From a virus, in IMG/VR virus record IMGVR_UViG_3300045988_149625: a stretch of 64,000 nucleotides of DNA; one strand, 5' to 3'. Every line of letters starts with the position of its first letter. Position 1 is the first letter of the stretch. Under the pieces are notes generated by a model, which ran no database searches, was not told the origin of the DNA, and worked only from the letters and a program-made list of their open reading frames with translations. Both the position numbers and the translations under genes were made by a program. Shown piece by piece: positions 9,756 through 19,416 of the stretch.

Positions 9756-12742
9756 GTTGGGTAGGTATTGGTATTGCCCTTGTCAGTATGTTTGTAAGCC
9801 TTAGACAACAAAAGAAATTGTCTAAAAAAAAGGCTTCCTATACATACGGTGAGGGCGCACTGACTACCAACGTGAGCACCACAGACCCAGTACCTATTAT
9901 ATATGGTACTGTAAAAACTGCGGGAAACATGATTTATTCTAGATTAAGTAATGATAAAAAAGTGCTCTATAAATTAGTATCTGTTGCGGATGGTAAGATT
10001 AAGGGCATAAGGGATTTGCAATTTGATGATTTAGATGCAAATAGCAGTAAGTATGAGGGCGTTAGCTATAACTATTACTATGGTGATGGCGTACAAGAAA
10101 TAGATAGCCGTGTAATCGGAGATACACAAGAAGATAAAGCAATGCTAGTTGGCGGTTTAAAGTATTTGGCATACATAGCTTTACAGGCAAAGGCGAATGA
10201 AAATTTAAGCAGTAGTTTTAATGTTACTTGTTTAGTAGACGGTTCTATTGTAAAGATATATGAGAACGCAAACGATTTGACGCAGTATCGAGAGGAATGG
10301 ACGGATAATCCTGCATGGTGTGTTTTAGATTTTATGACACGTTATAATGGATGCGGAATGAGCCTTGATGAAATTGATGTTCAAAGTTTTATAGACGGAG
10401 CTAAATTCTTTAAAGAAAAGAATTATACATTAAATTTAGCTTTAGATGAACAAAGAAGCCGTTTAGAGTGGATACAGTATATGTTAAACTGTTGCCGTTC
10501 ACTGCTTATATATAGAGCAGGTAAATATAGTTTATTCGTGGAAAAGGCAGATGAGGTAGTTCAATCATATACTCCGAATGACATACACGATTTGAGTATA
10601 TGGTTCAGTCCTTTATCAGAAGTCCCAGATATTTATAGAATTACTTATATTGACCCTAAAAATGAGTGGGTAAAAGTAAATGCAGAAGCTTCTTTAAGCC
10701 CAGATAGCTATTTAAGAAAACAGCCAATGGTTGAAACTTTGGAGCTAATGGGTGTAACAACTTTTGACCAAGCAAGTAGATTAGCATGGTTCTACTTAAA
10801 TCAAGCACTGACTTGTCAAACCTACATTTCTTTTAAAACAGATAGACGCGCTTTAAATAGAACTGTTGGCGATGTAATAGAGGTTACAGACTATGTAACA
10901 GAGTTTCAAAAGAAAAAATTTAGAATAATAAAAATTGAAGATGAGCAAAATGAAAGTATAAAGCTTACATGTAGAGAGTACAACGAATCTATTTATAGTG
11001 AGCAACGTGGAGCGAGTGACCCTGTAATAAATGTTACAGAACTCACTGACCCGCAACAAACGCCGCCAGAAATAGTATATGTAGGAAATGAGCAAGACTA
11101 TTATATACTACCAGATAAAACGGTAGTAAGTAATATAATGTTAGATGTAATTTATACAGATTGGACTTATAATAAGAGTTTCAATGTTTCGTACCGTAAG
11201 AAGGATTCAGATAAGTGGCTTTTTGGTGGAACATTTGATGATGGTACTTACAGGGCTGTTATAGAGAATATGGAAATATACGAAACCTACATTTTCAGAT
11301 TTCAGAATATGAGTAAGTACGGCAAATTTTCAGCATATACTTATTCCCCAGAGATTTACATTACAGGTAAAAATGTAGCTCCTAATATGCCTTCTAATTT
11401 TCACGGTGAAGAGGTGGTAGGAGGTTTTAAACTTTATTGGGACGCTGGTGAAAAGGATGTAGATTATTATTTGTTATATTTAGGTTCTGTATCAGAAGAA
11501 GCTAAAATAGCACAAGTATATGGAACATCTTATTACTATCCTGCAGATGTTGGTGAATATACTTTTTATTTAGTAGCTGTTGATACAGCAGGTAATCGTT
11601 CCACTCCTGCAAGACTACTTTTAGAAATTTTATGCCCCTCAGACGTAAACGGCTTTGACTGTGTACAGAATGAACGCAACATAGAGTTTCATTGGAATTT
11701 AGTGGAAGGAGCTTCTTACTATGTACTTAAAGAGGGTGAGAACTGGGAATATGGTAATACCTTAGCAACAAGTTCTGGACATTTCTTTAGTTACCCATAT
11801 GCACAAGCAACAAGCACTACTTTTTGGATGAAAGCGTATACTGAATATGGCGTGCCTAGTGTAAACCCTGCATACTGTCAATTAAGTGTAGCATCTATAC
11901 CTAATAGGAACATGATTTTAGAATATGATGCAGTAGAAGATGGTTGGAGTGGTAAGAAATATAACATGCACGTAAATGCAGGTGGTATACAATTAGATGC
12001 AGGCAAGGTTTATGGGGACTATATATATCCTATGGAGTTAGACCAAGAGTATTGCGCAAGAAACTGGACAGAGAAAACTATCAAGCCAGTAAACGCGGAG
12101 TTAGAGCTTATGTGGAAGGATGCTCATTTTACATGGGCGAGTGCGAACGCTAAACGAAGAACTTGGTTTCCATTAGGCATAGATGATATATACAATTCAT
12201 GGACGGAAATTGCAATATATAATGAAGCAAGTAAAGAGGATATAGTCGAAAGAATGTCATTGAATGAAACACTTGTTTCAGATAGTGGTAAAAAGCCTGT
12301 AGGAAATGTTGGTACACCCACATATGGTGCAGGAAGATTTGAAAAAGGTCTTGTGTTAGATGGAAAGTGCCGTCCAAAATGGAAAAATTTGCCCATTGAT
12401 GATGCTTTCTCATTCAGTTTTAATCTTTACGTGCCTTTTGACAGTGTAAATAATTACTCGATTCTTACTTTAAGGAATGATTTAGGTGATTATTTATGGC
12501 TTCATTATAGAGAAGATGATGATATGTTTGTATGTACCTTTTCAGATGGTAGAGAGTATGAGTTAAAAGATTTTTCTGGAAAGGGCGATTATCTACATTT
12601 TATAATTTCACAAGGCGCAGGATATTTTACATTTGTTATATATGACGTAGGTTATGATTCCTATGTTATAAATAGAAAGAAAATTTCTACAATGAAGCGA
12701 TACACGCAGGTAGCTTTGTACGGTGATTTCAATAGGGAATAG
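9731..12742 (+). CDS. tail tip / host-specificity protein (gpI-like N-terminus fused to gpJ-like body)
   Basis: 1003 aa. Hydrophobic N-terminus followed by FN3-like repeats. Large central fibre gene after the M-L-K homologues. Confidence 0.55.
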   Translation: MSGAAAALGWVGIGIALVSMFVSLRQQKKLSKKKASYTYGEGALTTNVSTTDPVPIIYGTVKTAGNMIYSRLSNDKKVLYKLVSVADGKIKGIRDLQFDDLDANSSKYEGVSYNYYYGDGVQEIDSRVIGDTQEDKAMLVGGLKYLAYIALQAKANENLSSSFNVTCLVDGSIVKIYENANDLTQYREEWTDNPAWCVLDFMTRYNGCGMSLDEIDVQSFIDGAKFFKEKNYTLNLALDEQRSRLEWIQYMLNCCRSLLIYRAGKYSLFVEKADEVVQSYTPNDIHDLSIWFSPLSEVPDIYRITYIDPKNEWVKVNAEASLSPDSYLRKQPMVETLELMGVTTFDQASRLAWFYLNQALTCQTYISFKTDRRALNRTVGDVIEVTDYVTEFQKKKFRIIKIEDEQNESIKLTCREYNESIYSEQRGASDPVINVTELTDPQQTPPEIVYVGNEQDYYILPDKTVVSNIMLDVIYTDWTYNKSFNVSYRKKDSDKWLFGGTFDDGTYRAVIENMEIYETYIFRFQNMSKYGKFSAYTYSPEIYITGKNVAPNMPSNFHGEEVVGGFKLYWDAGEKDVDYYLLYLGSVSEEAKIAQVYGTSYYYPADVGEYTFYLVAVDTAGNRSTPARLLLEILCPSDVNGFDCVQNERNIEFHWNLVEGASYYVLKEGENWEYGNTLATSSGHFFSYPYAQATSTTFWMKAYTEYGVPSVNPAYCQLSVASIPNRNMILEYDAVEDGWSGKKYNMHVNAGGIQLDAGKVYGDYIYPMELDQEYCARNWTEKTIKPVNAELELMWKDAHFTWASANAKRRTWFPLGIDDIYNSWTEIAIYNEASKEDIVERMSLNETLVSDSGKKPVGNVGTPTYGAGRFEKGLVLDGKCRPKWKNLPIDDAFSFSFNLYVPFDSVNNYSILTLRNDLGDYLWLHYREDDDMFVCTFSDGREYELKDFSGKGDYLHFIISQGAGYFTFVIYDVGYDSYVINRKKISTMKRYTQVALYGDFNRE

Positions 12743-12753
12743 GAGAGGATTAA

Positions 12754-13200
12754 ATGAATACAGAAATGTCAGTTGTTGTTACAGGAATACTGTATGACGA
12801 GAATAATAATATTAAACAAAAGTTTGTAAAGCATAATTTGATTACAAGTGTAGGTTTTGATTTTGTAAGTAATTGCTTGGGTTCAACAACAAGACCAAAA
12901 CCTATTAGTCAAATTGGTGTAGGAACTAATAATACTGCCCCCGCTCTAGGGGATACAAACTTGAAAGCACTTAAACTTAAAAAGGCTTGTACCTACACTC
13001 ATACAGCAGGAACTACTTCCCTTGTATTCCAGACAGTTTTTGGTGCTGGGGAGGCAACGGGCGCTTTGGTGGAAGCGGGTATTTTTACAGGGGATGGTAT
13101 TTTATTTGATAGAGTTGTATACCCAGTAATTAATAAAGAAGATGTAGATACTTATGCAATGACTTTTGAAATTATTTTGAAGGAAGTATCAGTAGTATGA
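12754..13200 (+). CDS. hypothetical tail/fibre-region protein
   Basis: 148-aa ORF with an RBS (ggagaggattaaATG). Operon context. Confidence 0.3.
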   Translation: MNTEMSVVVTGILYDENNNIKQKFVKHNLITSVGFDFVSNCLGSTTRPKPISQIGVGTNNTAPALGDTNLKALKLKKACTYTHTAGTTSLVFQTVFGAGEATGALVEAGIFTGDGILFDRVVYPVINKEDVDTYAMTFEIILKEVSVV

Positions 13201-13937
13201 GTTTTACGATTAGAGAGGAAATTCGTGGCATAAAATTAAAAGAAGTCGCATTTCCTATCAGCCATTTTAAAGGGAAACGCTTAAAAGATTTTCGAGGAAC
13301 AGCTTACATTGCAGACTGGAAAGATTTACTAAGCTTCGACCTAGATGCTACAACTGTAAATGCTTATTCTAGAAAATTTAGTACAGCATTGGGGATACAA
13401 GAGGCACATAATAAGAAAACTATAAAGCATATTAAAGAGATATTTGGAATTGGTGTATTAAAAATAAATAATGCACAACAAGTATTAAGTGATTTACGCT
13501 TCTATGATAAGGTTCTAAATGAAACAAATTTTGATGAAACATTTACACCTTTTGGTTATAGTAAGTGGAAGAAAATGATTACAGGCGATTATATATATCA
13601 AAAAGCATTATGTAAATATGTAATGCAAGCTAGTCTTAATGCAGATAGACCTAATGCAAGGGCGTATACGCATAAAGTAGATGTGCCAGACCTTTTGGCT
13701 CAAGGTACGGTAGAATTAACAGTGAGTAATCAACCACGGGAGGTACACTTTCCTAAGGATAGGACTTTCCATATTGTACCAGAAATGAATATATCTATTA
13801 AGAGTTACAGTGGCACAGGTGCAACACCTTTAGTGTTGGCTTACAATGTTACTACAAAAGGTTTTATGGTGTCTATGAAAAACGAAGATGGCGGCTATGT
13901 TGAGGGGACAATAACTTATGCAGCCCGCGGATATTGA
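13197..13937 (+). CDS. hypothetical tail/fibre-region protein
   Basis: 246-aa ORF overlapping upstream by ATGA. Confidence 0.3.
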   Translation: MSFTIREEIRGIKLKEVAFPISHFKGKRLKDFRGTAYIADWKDLLSFDLDATTVNAYSRKFSTALGIQEAHNKKTIKHIKEIFGIGVLKINNAQQVLSDLRFYDKVLNETNFDETFTPFGYSKWKKMITGDYIYQKALCKYVMQASLNADRPNARAYTHKVDVPDLLAQGTVELTVSNQPREVHFPKDRTFHIVPEMNISIKSYSGTGATPLVLAYNVTTKGFMVSMKNEDGGYVEGTITYAARGY

Positions 13938-13946
13938 GGTGAGATA

Positions 13947-14552
13947 ATGCAGAGATTAAGAAGAATAGAAGAAACTGAAACACTTGCAAACTCCTTAGAC
14001 CCTATAAATAAGAATTTTGAAAGTGTACAATCACAACATAGTGGTACAAGTTTCCCCCAAGATAATTTAGTTTTGGGACAACCTTGTTTTAGAACAGATA
14101 CAATGAGTCTTTATATCCTATCTAATGTGGAGTATAACTTATGGATAAAGGTAGCAGATTTAACATTAACACTTGTTAATAAGGAGTATGTGGATACATT
14201 CCATATCCCTCTTAGCAGGGTGGATGATATAATAGATGCTGCTACAAATAAGATTAAAATGAGCCTTATGTATACAGGCACACAAAATGGACAATTAGTA
14301 ATGGTAGGAAATAATAATAAGATAGCAACAAGCCTTATTGATACAGGGGTTAAGGCAGGACAGGTTGTGATGGTAAATGCAGATGGTAAAATACCTAATG
14401 GTATTTTAAATATAGGTTATGGTAGGGAAGAGATACCTATATTGAATGATAAAGCACTTATTCCAGATACCATTTTACCGAGTAATTTAGCGCGTTTTAA
14501 TGAGAGCGGACAAATAGTATTTCCTAATGGTACGAAAATGTGGGTGAAATAG
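13947..14552 (+). CDS. hypothetical tail/fibre-region protein
   Basis: 201-aa ORF with an RBS (gaggtgagataATG). Confidence 0.3.
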   Translation: MQRLRRIEETETLANSLDPINKNFESVQSQHSGTSFPQDNLVLGQPCFRTDTMSLYILSNVEYNLWIKVADLTLTLVNKEYVDTFHIPLSRVDDIIDAATNKIKMSLMYTGTQNGQLVMVGNNNKIATSLIDTGVKAGQVVMVNADGKIPNGILNIGYGREEIPILNDKALIPDTILPSNLARFNESGQIVFPNGTKMWVK

Positions 14553-14553
14553 T

Positions 14554-15357
14554 ATGGGTGTAACAGAGCATGTTTTAAACATACAAAGTAGTAATAATAA
14601 AAAAGTAGTTCCTTTATATGATACACCTACTTGTAGCTATACAGGAAGGTCTTTACCAATTAAATTAGCTAATGGTTCAACTGTGTATGCACCTCTAGGT
14701 GTTACAGATGATTTGTATGGAACACAGCTTTGGGTAGAAATTGATGGAGCGTCTTATAGAGTGGTTGAGCAAAGTGTGCAAGGTATTCAAGGTGTAAACT
14801 TTGATAAGACTGTAAAAATAGAATTTAGTGGTAGCGGTGAGCGCACAGCTAAATATGATACTTTTTATTTTGTAGCACCAAGAAGAACCAAGTTTCATTA
14901 TAAAAGTATGGTTAATTACGGACAAACTGGTTGGGGATACAGCTCTGATAGGTGGCAACGTAGTGATATATGGATAAACTTAGATGGAAATCTACTTGTT
15001 AAGAAAACTTTTAGACGCAGTGCAGGCATTAATTGGAAAACTCTATATGATGGGGACATTGAATTAGATGCAGGAACACATCGAATGGAACTTTGGCTTT
15101 TGGGGCAAGGCTCTAGTAAAGATAGTCATTTAACTGTTTGTTATGCTTGGAACAATGATTTGTTAATGTCTGGACAACAATTTGTCCAATATTCAAGTCC
15201 AGGTACGTATGACTTCACAGTTCCTAAGGGTGTGGAAAGCATTACCATCGTGACTGTTGGTGGTGGCGGTGGTGGAGCAGGGTATGGATACACCCCCCAA
15301 GAAGATAGTGGTAGCGGCCCCAGTCAAGGTGAAGGTAGTGGAGGCGAAGGAGCATGA
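14554..15357 (+). CDS. glycine-rich tail fibre protein (N-terminal part)
   Basis: ...FTVPKGVESITIVTVGGGGGGAGYGY... is a typical phage-fibre Gly-rich motif. Ends GEGSGGEGA*. Confidence 0.45.
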   Translation: MGVTEHVLNIQSSNNKKVVPLYDTPTCSYTGRSLPIKLANGSTVYAPLGVTDDLYGTQLWVEIDGASYRVVEQSVQGIQGVNFDKTVKIEFSGSGERTAKYDTFYFVAPRRTKFHYKSMVNYGQTGWGYSSDRWQRSDIWINLDGNLLVKKTFRRSAGINWKTLYDGDIELDAGTHRMELWLLGQGSSKDSHLTVCYAWNNDLLMSGQQFVQYSSPGTYDFTVPKGVESITIVTVGGGGGGAGYGYTPQEDSGSGPSQGEGSGGEGA

Positions 15358-15836
15358 GTAGTTATCCTTATACACAAGTTATTGTAGATGCTAAAGGCAC
15401 AGATGGTGGAAATTCTAAGGCTTCTTTAAATGGAGCAGATATAATTCTTGCAACTGGGGGCAGTGGTGCAAAATATAAAAGAACTCGTACCCATGTTAAT
15501 TGGCACAGCTCTACTGAGTCCGAAGAAAAGCAGGTAGGTAGGGGTGGTACACCAAATGGCATAGATGGCACTTATTCAGTATCTGGCACAAAGGGGTATG
15601 ATATTCGTCCAGAGGTTACTAGAGGTTCTTATGGTAGCGGGGGAGGTTGTTCAAATACTAATACAGTTGTATATCCTGTATCTGGGGGCAGTGGTGGTAT
15701 TAATATTGTCACCATTCCTGTTAAGGAAGGGGATAGATTACAAATCACTGTTGGAAGCGCGGGTGCAGGTGGTGGAATTGGTTTAGCAGGAAATGCAGGA
15801 GCGGTAGCATTATGGTATTACAAATTGGGAAACTAA
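15354..15836 (+). CDS. glycine-rich tail fibre protein (second part; possibly same gene as 14554-15357 via frameshift)
   Basis: GGSGAKY...SYGSGGGCSN...VSGGSGGINIVTIPV...VGSAGAGGGIGLAGNAG. ATGA overlap with the preceding Gly-rich ORF. Confidence 0.4.
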   Translation: MSSYPYTQVIVDAKGTDGGNSKASLNGADIILATGGSGAKYKRTRTHVNWHSSTESEEKQVGRGGTPNGIDGTYSVSGTKGYDIRPEVTRGSYGSGGGCSNTNTVVYPVSGGSGGINIVTIPVKEGDRLQITVGSAGAGGGIGLAGNAGAVALWYYKLGN

Positions 15837-17035
15837 TAGATAATATATTAGTGGCAAAATTTATAACAAATAATACATTAAAAGAGTTTAAAGATTTAGT
15901 TGGGGAAGGAGATTATGTGGATATTACAGGGGTCGACATTCAAGAGGGTGACAAATTTGTTAATGGGGATGCTATTCATTGTGAGGGCGATTCATTATCC
16001 AAGGAAGGTGTAAAAGCACTTTATCTGATGCTAGGCAGTGCGTGTAATATGTCTTGCAGACATTGTACACAAACTCCTATTAAAGGTAATGTTGCTTTTC
16101 CTACTACTGAGTTAAGTAAGGATGTACTAGATTTTATAGTAAATTGGGATAAAAATGGCGGTGGAAGGTTATATTTTTGGGGCGGTGAACCTTTACTTTA
16201 TTGGAATACAATAAAGAAACTTATAGAAGAGTTTGAAAAAATGGGAATGAGAAATACTTCTTATCGCATTTTCACCAATGGTCTATTACTTTCAAATTCC
16301 ATTGTAGACTTTTGTAACAAACATAATATATGGGTAATTATGAGTTATGATGCACCTAACCCCTTAGCTGCAAGAAACGCCATGCCGTCAGAGAGAAATA
16401 TAGAAGCTTTCTTGTTGGCAGAAAAAAGAACAGTAAATGGTGTATACAATGCCTTAAACTGTGATATGGTAGCTGCTTTTAAATACTTGGAGTCAAAATT
16501 TCCTAATACTGAGGTAACTCTAGGGTTTATAAATGTATTATGGGATATACCAAAAGACTTATACGCTTTTGGAAAAGGCGAAGTAAGAAAGGCGGTAAAA
16601 GATTTATTTGAATATTATAAAGAAACAAGGGATTCAAATGTACACAGGTGGTTTGAAACTAAACTTAGAAGAGGGAATTACTTTTCCATTGAAGAATTTA
16701 TGCTTTCCCCATTTCCTCCCTGTGCACCTGGGCGTATCTCTTTATCTATAGATTTTGCAGGTAATATAATAAGATGCCACAATGACGATAAAGTGGTTGC
16801 AAATATTAAAGATGATTATTCAGATATATTAAAAGCACATGAAATGGAGTGGCTAAAGTTATTGCCAAGAAATTGTGCAGAATGTGAATGTCTACCTTTG
16901 TGCAGGTCAATTTGTCCAATAGCCTATAAGAAAGAAAACAAAGAAGAATTTGTACAATGTGATTATATAAGGGAGTTTTTTAGCGCGGTGCAGGAATGTG
17001 CCGATGATTTTTGGAGAATGGAAGGTGAGATGTAA
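15812..17035 (+). CDS. radical SAM enzyme with C-terminal SPASM domain (peptide/protein-modifying maturase-like)
   Basis: CNMSCRHC (CxxxCxxC) at about residue 78 and GGEPLL (SAM-binding). C-terminal Gx4C (GNIIRC) plus CAECECLPLCRSIC (Cx2Cx5Cx3C) plus a final Cys form a SPASM signature. An ~75-aa N-terminal extension precedes the cluster, as in RRE-containing sactisynthases. Confidence 0.7.
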   Translation: MVLQIGKLIDNILVAKFITNNTLKEFKDLVGEGDYVDITGVDIQEGDKFVNGDAIHCEGDSLSKEGVKALYLMLGSACNMSCRHCTQTPIKGNVAFPTTELSKDVLDFIVNWDKNGGGRLYFWGGEPLLYWNTIKKLIEEFEKMGMRNTSYRIFTNGLLLSNSIVDFCNKHNIWVIMSYDAPNPLAARNAMPSERNIEAFLLAEKRTVNGVYNALNCDMVAAFKYLESKFPNTEVTLGFINVLWDIPKDLYAFGKGEVRKAVKDLFEYYKETRDSNVHRWFETKLRRGNYFSIEEFMLSPFPPCAPGRISLSIDFAGNIIRCHNDDKVVANIKDDYSDILKAHEMEWLKLLPRNCAECECLPLCRSICPIAYKKENKEEFVQCDYIREFFSAVQECADDFWRMEGEM

Positions 17036-18970
17036 ATGGCAAGCTTTCATAACTGGACAGGTGATGAATTAATTGATACACAAGTCCCACAGTTTTTAAA
17101 TGAAGATAATGCAGCAACACAGGAGAAATTAGACACTAAATTTAATAAATCCTTAGATATAGCAGAAGCCTCAGACTTAAACAATTTTAAGGATGAGGGG
17201 TTCTACTGCTGTAATTCTAATTCTCGTGCTGAAACTATTTTAAATTGTCCTACTAATTATGCTTTCGGTTTAATGGTATGGGGTAAAGGCGAAATAGTCT
17301 ATCAAGAAGTGCGCGAATTTAACAGAGGCTCTAACCAAGATTACAATAACTGTTGGAGAAGAAGTTATTCTGGGGGCGGACAAGGTGTGTGGTCTAACTG
17401 GCAGAAAGTGGCTTATGCAGCTACTACTTTAGCAGAATACGGAATAACAGACGGTATGGGCAAGAACGCCACAAACAGTGTGGGTGTGACAGATATTATT
17501 AAAAGAAGTATTAATACGTCGTACTTGCGTTTAACAGGTGGCAATACATTTGATAAAAGTGCAACTCTTCAACTCTGCGGAGGTACTTATGCAACAAACG
17601 CAGGACAGTTTTTATTAAAAGCAGCAGATTCAGCACACTCAGCAACTCTTTCAGGTAATCCTTCTGGGCTACTTAAATGGAATGATAAAAATATAGTACG
17701 TTCAGTAAATAATTCTGTTGCAGATGAACATGGTAATGTAACTTTACTGTTCCCCGACTCAGATGTAACGCAGGAAGGCGCGGGGTACTGGAAGCCTAAT
17801 GAATCAGTACAAGAAGGGGATATACGTTATGTGTATGGTAGAGGAAACACAGGTGTTGTTTTAAAATGTGTGAAAGCAGGAATAACAGGAGCAGAATTAC
17901 CAGATTTAGAGGCTGCTTCAAATGCTGTGCAATTAGTAACAGAAACTACTACTGAGGTAAAACCTTTTGATATATTGGATTATGTATCACAAGTACCAGA
18001 ATATTACACACGCCCTAGTTTGTATACAGTTTCAAAAAAATCTATAACTATACCTAAGGGGTTACGTGTAAGAATTGGTGATAAAGGTTATGAGAGTGTT
18101 AGTACAACTACATTAAGCACTACATCTTTGGGAAGTTTGGCAGCAAAAGATGTTTATATATATGCTTGTGCTCCTATTACTTTATCTACTGAGCCAATAT
18201 TTGTACTTTCATTAAATAGTACAGTACCTAGTGGGTATACCGCAGAAAACAGTCGCAAGATTGGCGGTTTTCATTGCTTATGTGCAGATGTTGGTACAAT
18301 AAGTGGACATACTTTAAGTGGTTATGTAGCAGGTGACATACTTCCTGCTTCTGCATGGGATTTAATTCATCGTCCACGATGTTCCCCCGAAGCAATGGTG
18401 TATTGTGATACGGTGGACTTTTGGGTCGATATATATTTGGATAGTTGGGATGGTAACAAATTAGTATCTGTATACAAAGGTGTTACAGCAGACGGAACTT
18501 CCACTAAAAAGTTTCATGGTGAGCTTTTTGTAGATGAGCTTGCAAAATTGAATAAAAGACTACCTCCAAGAAGAGTATTTCAAGCAATAATGAAAGGCTC
18601 AAATGAACGCACCAATGTTAAAGGTTCGAAAGACGTAAATACTACTGGTGGTAATGTAGATACAGCAGGTCGAAGAATGATAAGTAATTATGGTTGTGAA
18701 GATGGCTGCGGTTTCTTGTGGCAATGGTCTGATGAACTAGGTTTTGCAGGTGGTAGTGCATGGACAGATTCAGTATATAATTCAAGTGTCGATTCTGAAA
18801 GAATTGGACAAACTTATGGAACTTTGTATAGAGCTGCGCTGGGCGGTTGCTGGGTTCACGGCGGTTCTTGTGGTTCGCGGTCGGTGTTTTGCAGCCATTC
18901 CTCGGCTCTTGTCAGTGCTTATTTTGGCGGTCGCGGCGCTTGCGAGCCGAAGGTCGCAAAGTTCTATTAG
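17036..18970 (+). CDS. DGR target protein: tail fibre/receptor-binding protein with C-terminal C-type-lectin-fold variable region
   Basis: 644 aa. Its C-terminus (…GGCWVHGGSCGSRSVFCSHSSALVSAYFGGRGACEPKVAKFY) is encoded by the variable repeat (VR), which matches the downstream template repeat (TR) except at TR adenines. ATGG overlap with the rSAM gene. Confidence 0.75.
   Translation: MASFHNWTGDELIDTQVPQFLNEDNAATQEKLDTKFNKSLDIAEASDLNNFKDEGFYCCNSNSRAETILNCPTNYAFGLMVWGKGEIVYQEVREFNRGSNQDYNNCWRRSYSGGGQGVWSNWQKVAYAATTLAEYGITDGMGKNATNSVGVTDIIKRSINTSYLRLTGGNTFDKSATLQLCGGTYATNAGQFLLKAADSAHSATLSGNPSGLLKWNDKNIVRSVNNSVADEHGNVTLLFPDSDVTQEGAGYWKPNESVQEGDIRYVYGRGNTGVVLKCVKAGITGAELPDLEAASNAVQLVTETTTEVKPFDILDYVSQVPEYYTRPSLYTVSKKSITIPKGLRVRIGDKGYESVSTTTLSTTSLGSLAAKDVYIYACAPITLSTEPIFVLSLNSTVPSGYTAENSRKIGGFHCLCADVGTISGHTLSGYVAGDILPASAWDLIHRPRCSPEAMVYCDTVDFWVDIYLDSWDGNKLVSVYKGVTADGTSTKKFHGELFVDELAKLNKRLPPRRVFQAIMKGSNERTNVKGSKDVNTTGGNVDTAGRRMISNYGCEDGCGFLWQWSDELGFAGGSAWTDSVYNSSVDSERIGQTYGTLYRAALGGCWVHGGSCGSRSVFCSHSSALVSAYFGGRGACEPKVAKFY
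18831..18945 (+). repeat. DGR variable repeat (VR), ~115 bp, with GC-rich IMH at its 3' end
   Basis: Aligns base-for-base with 19047-19161. About 24 mismatches, every one at a TR adenine. Ends in a shared ggcggtcgcggcgcttgcga; downstream gcgagccgaaggtcgca forms an imperfect GC hairpin. Confidence 0.8.
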
Positions 18971-19046
18971 AACTAGGTATACGGCTACATGAAGTTGTTA
19001 AGGAACACGAAGTAGTCTTGAATATACTGGGTTGTGGTTGTTAAAA

Positions 19047-19161
19047 GAGCTAAACTAGGCGGTAACTGGGATAACAGCAGTTCTTGTAGTTCGCAGTCAG
19101 TGAATTGCAACAATTCCTCAGCTAATGTCAATGCTAATTATGGCGGTCGCGGCGCTTGCGA
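19047..19161 (+). repeat. DGR template repeat (TR), A-rich (AAC/AAT codons)
   Basis: gagctaaactaggcggtaactgggataacagcagttcttgtagttcgcagtcagtgaattgcaacaattcctcagctaatgtcaatgctaattatggcggtcgcggcgcttgcga. Identical to the VR except where the TR has A. Confidence 0.8.
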
Positions 19162-19416
19162 TACGGAGAGAGCTATTCCTTCGGCTGAACCACAATCCAT
19201 TCTAGCAGAGAAATACTGTATAGAAAAACACACAACAGGAGTATAGAAGGGCTAGTAGTGTAAACGAACGTCATTCTATAAAACTCCGTATCTTTAAATA
19301 AAGGAGAAATAAACTTGAAAAGAATTGGGAATTTATGAACTAAAATTATAGATAAAGAAAATATTAAGGAGAGTATTTTAAGCGCTGCAAAACATAAGAA
19401 AAAGCGCCCTGCGGTA

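Noticed and set aside
18744-19246. Three + strand ORFs (18744-18992, 18847-19044, 19034-19246) overlapping the DGR VR, the VR-TR spacer and the TR
   Set aside because: They are alternative-frame or non-coding readings of GC-rich VR/TR DNA. The TR is a template RNA, not a gene. No RBS is present. The first two overlap the end of the 644-aa target gene.
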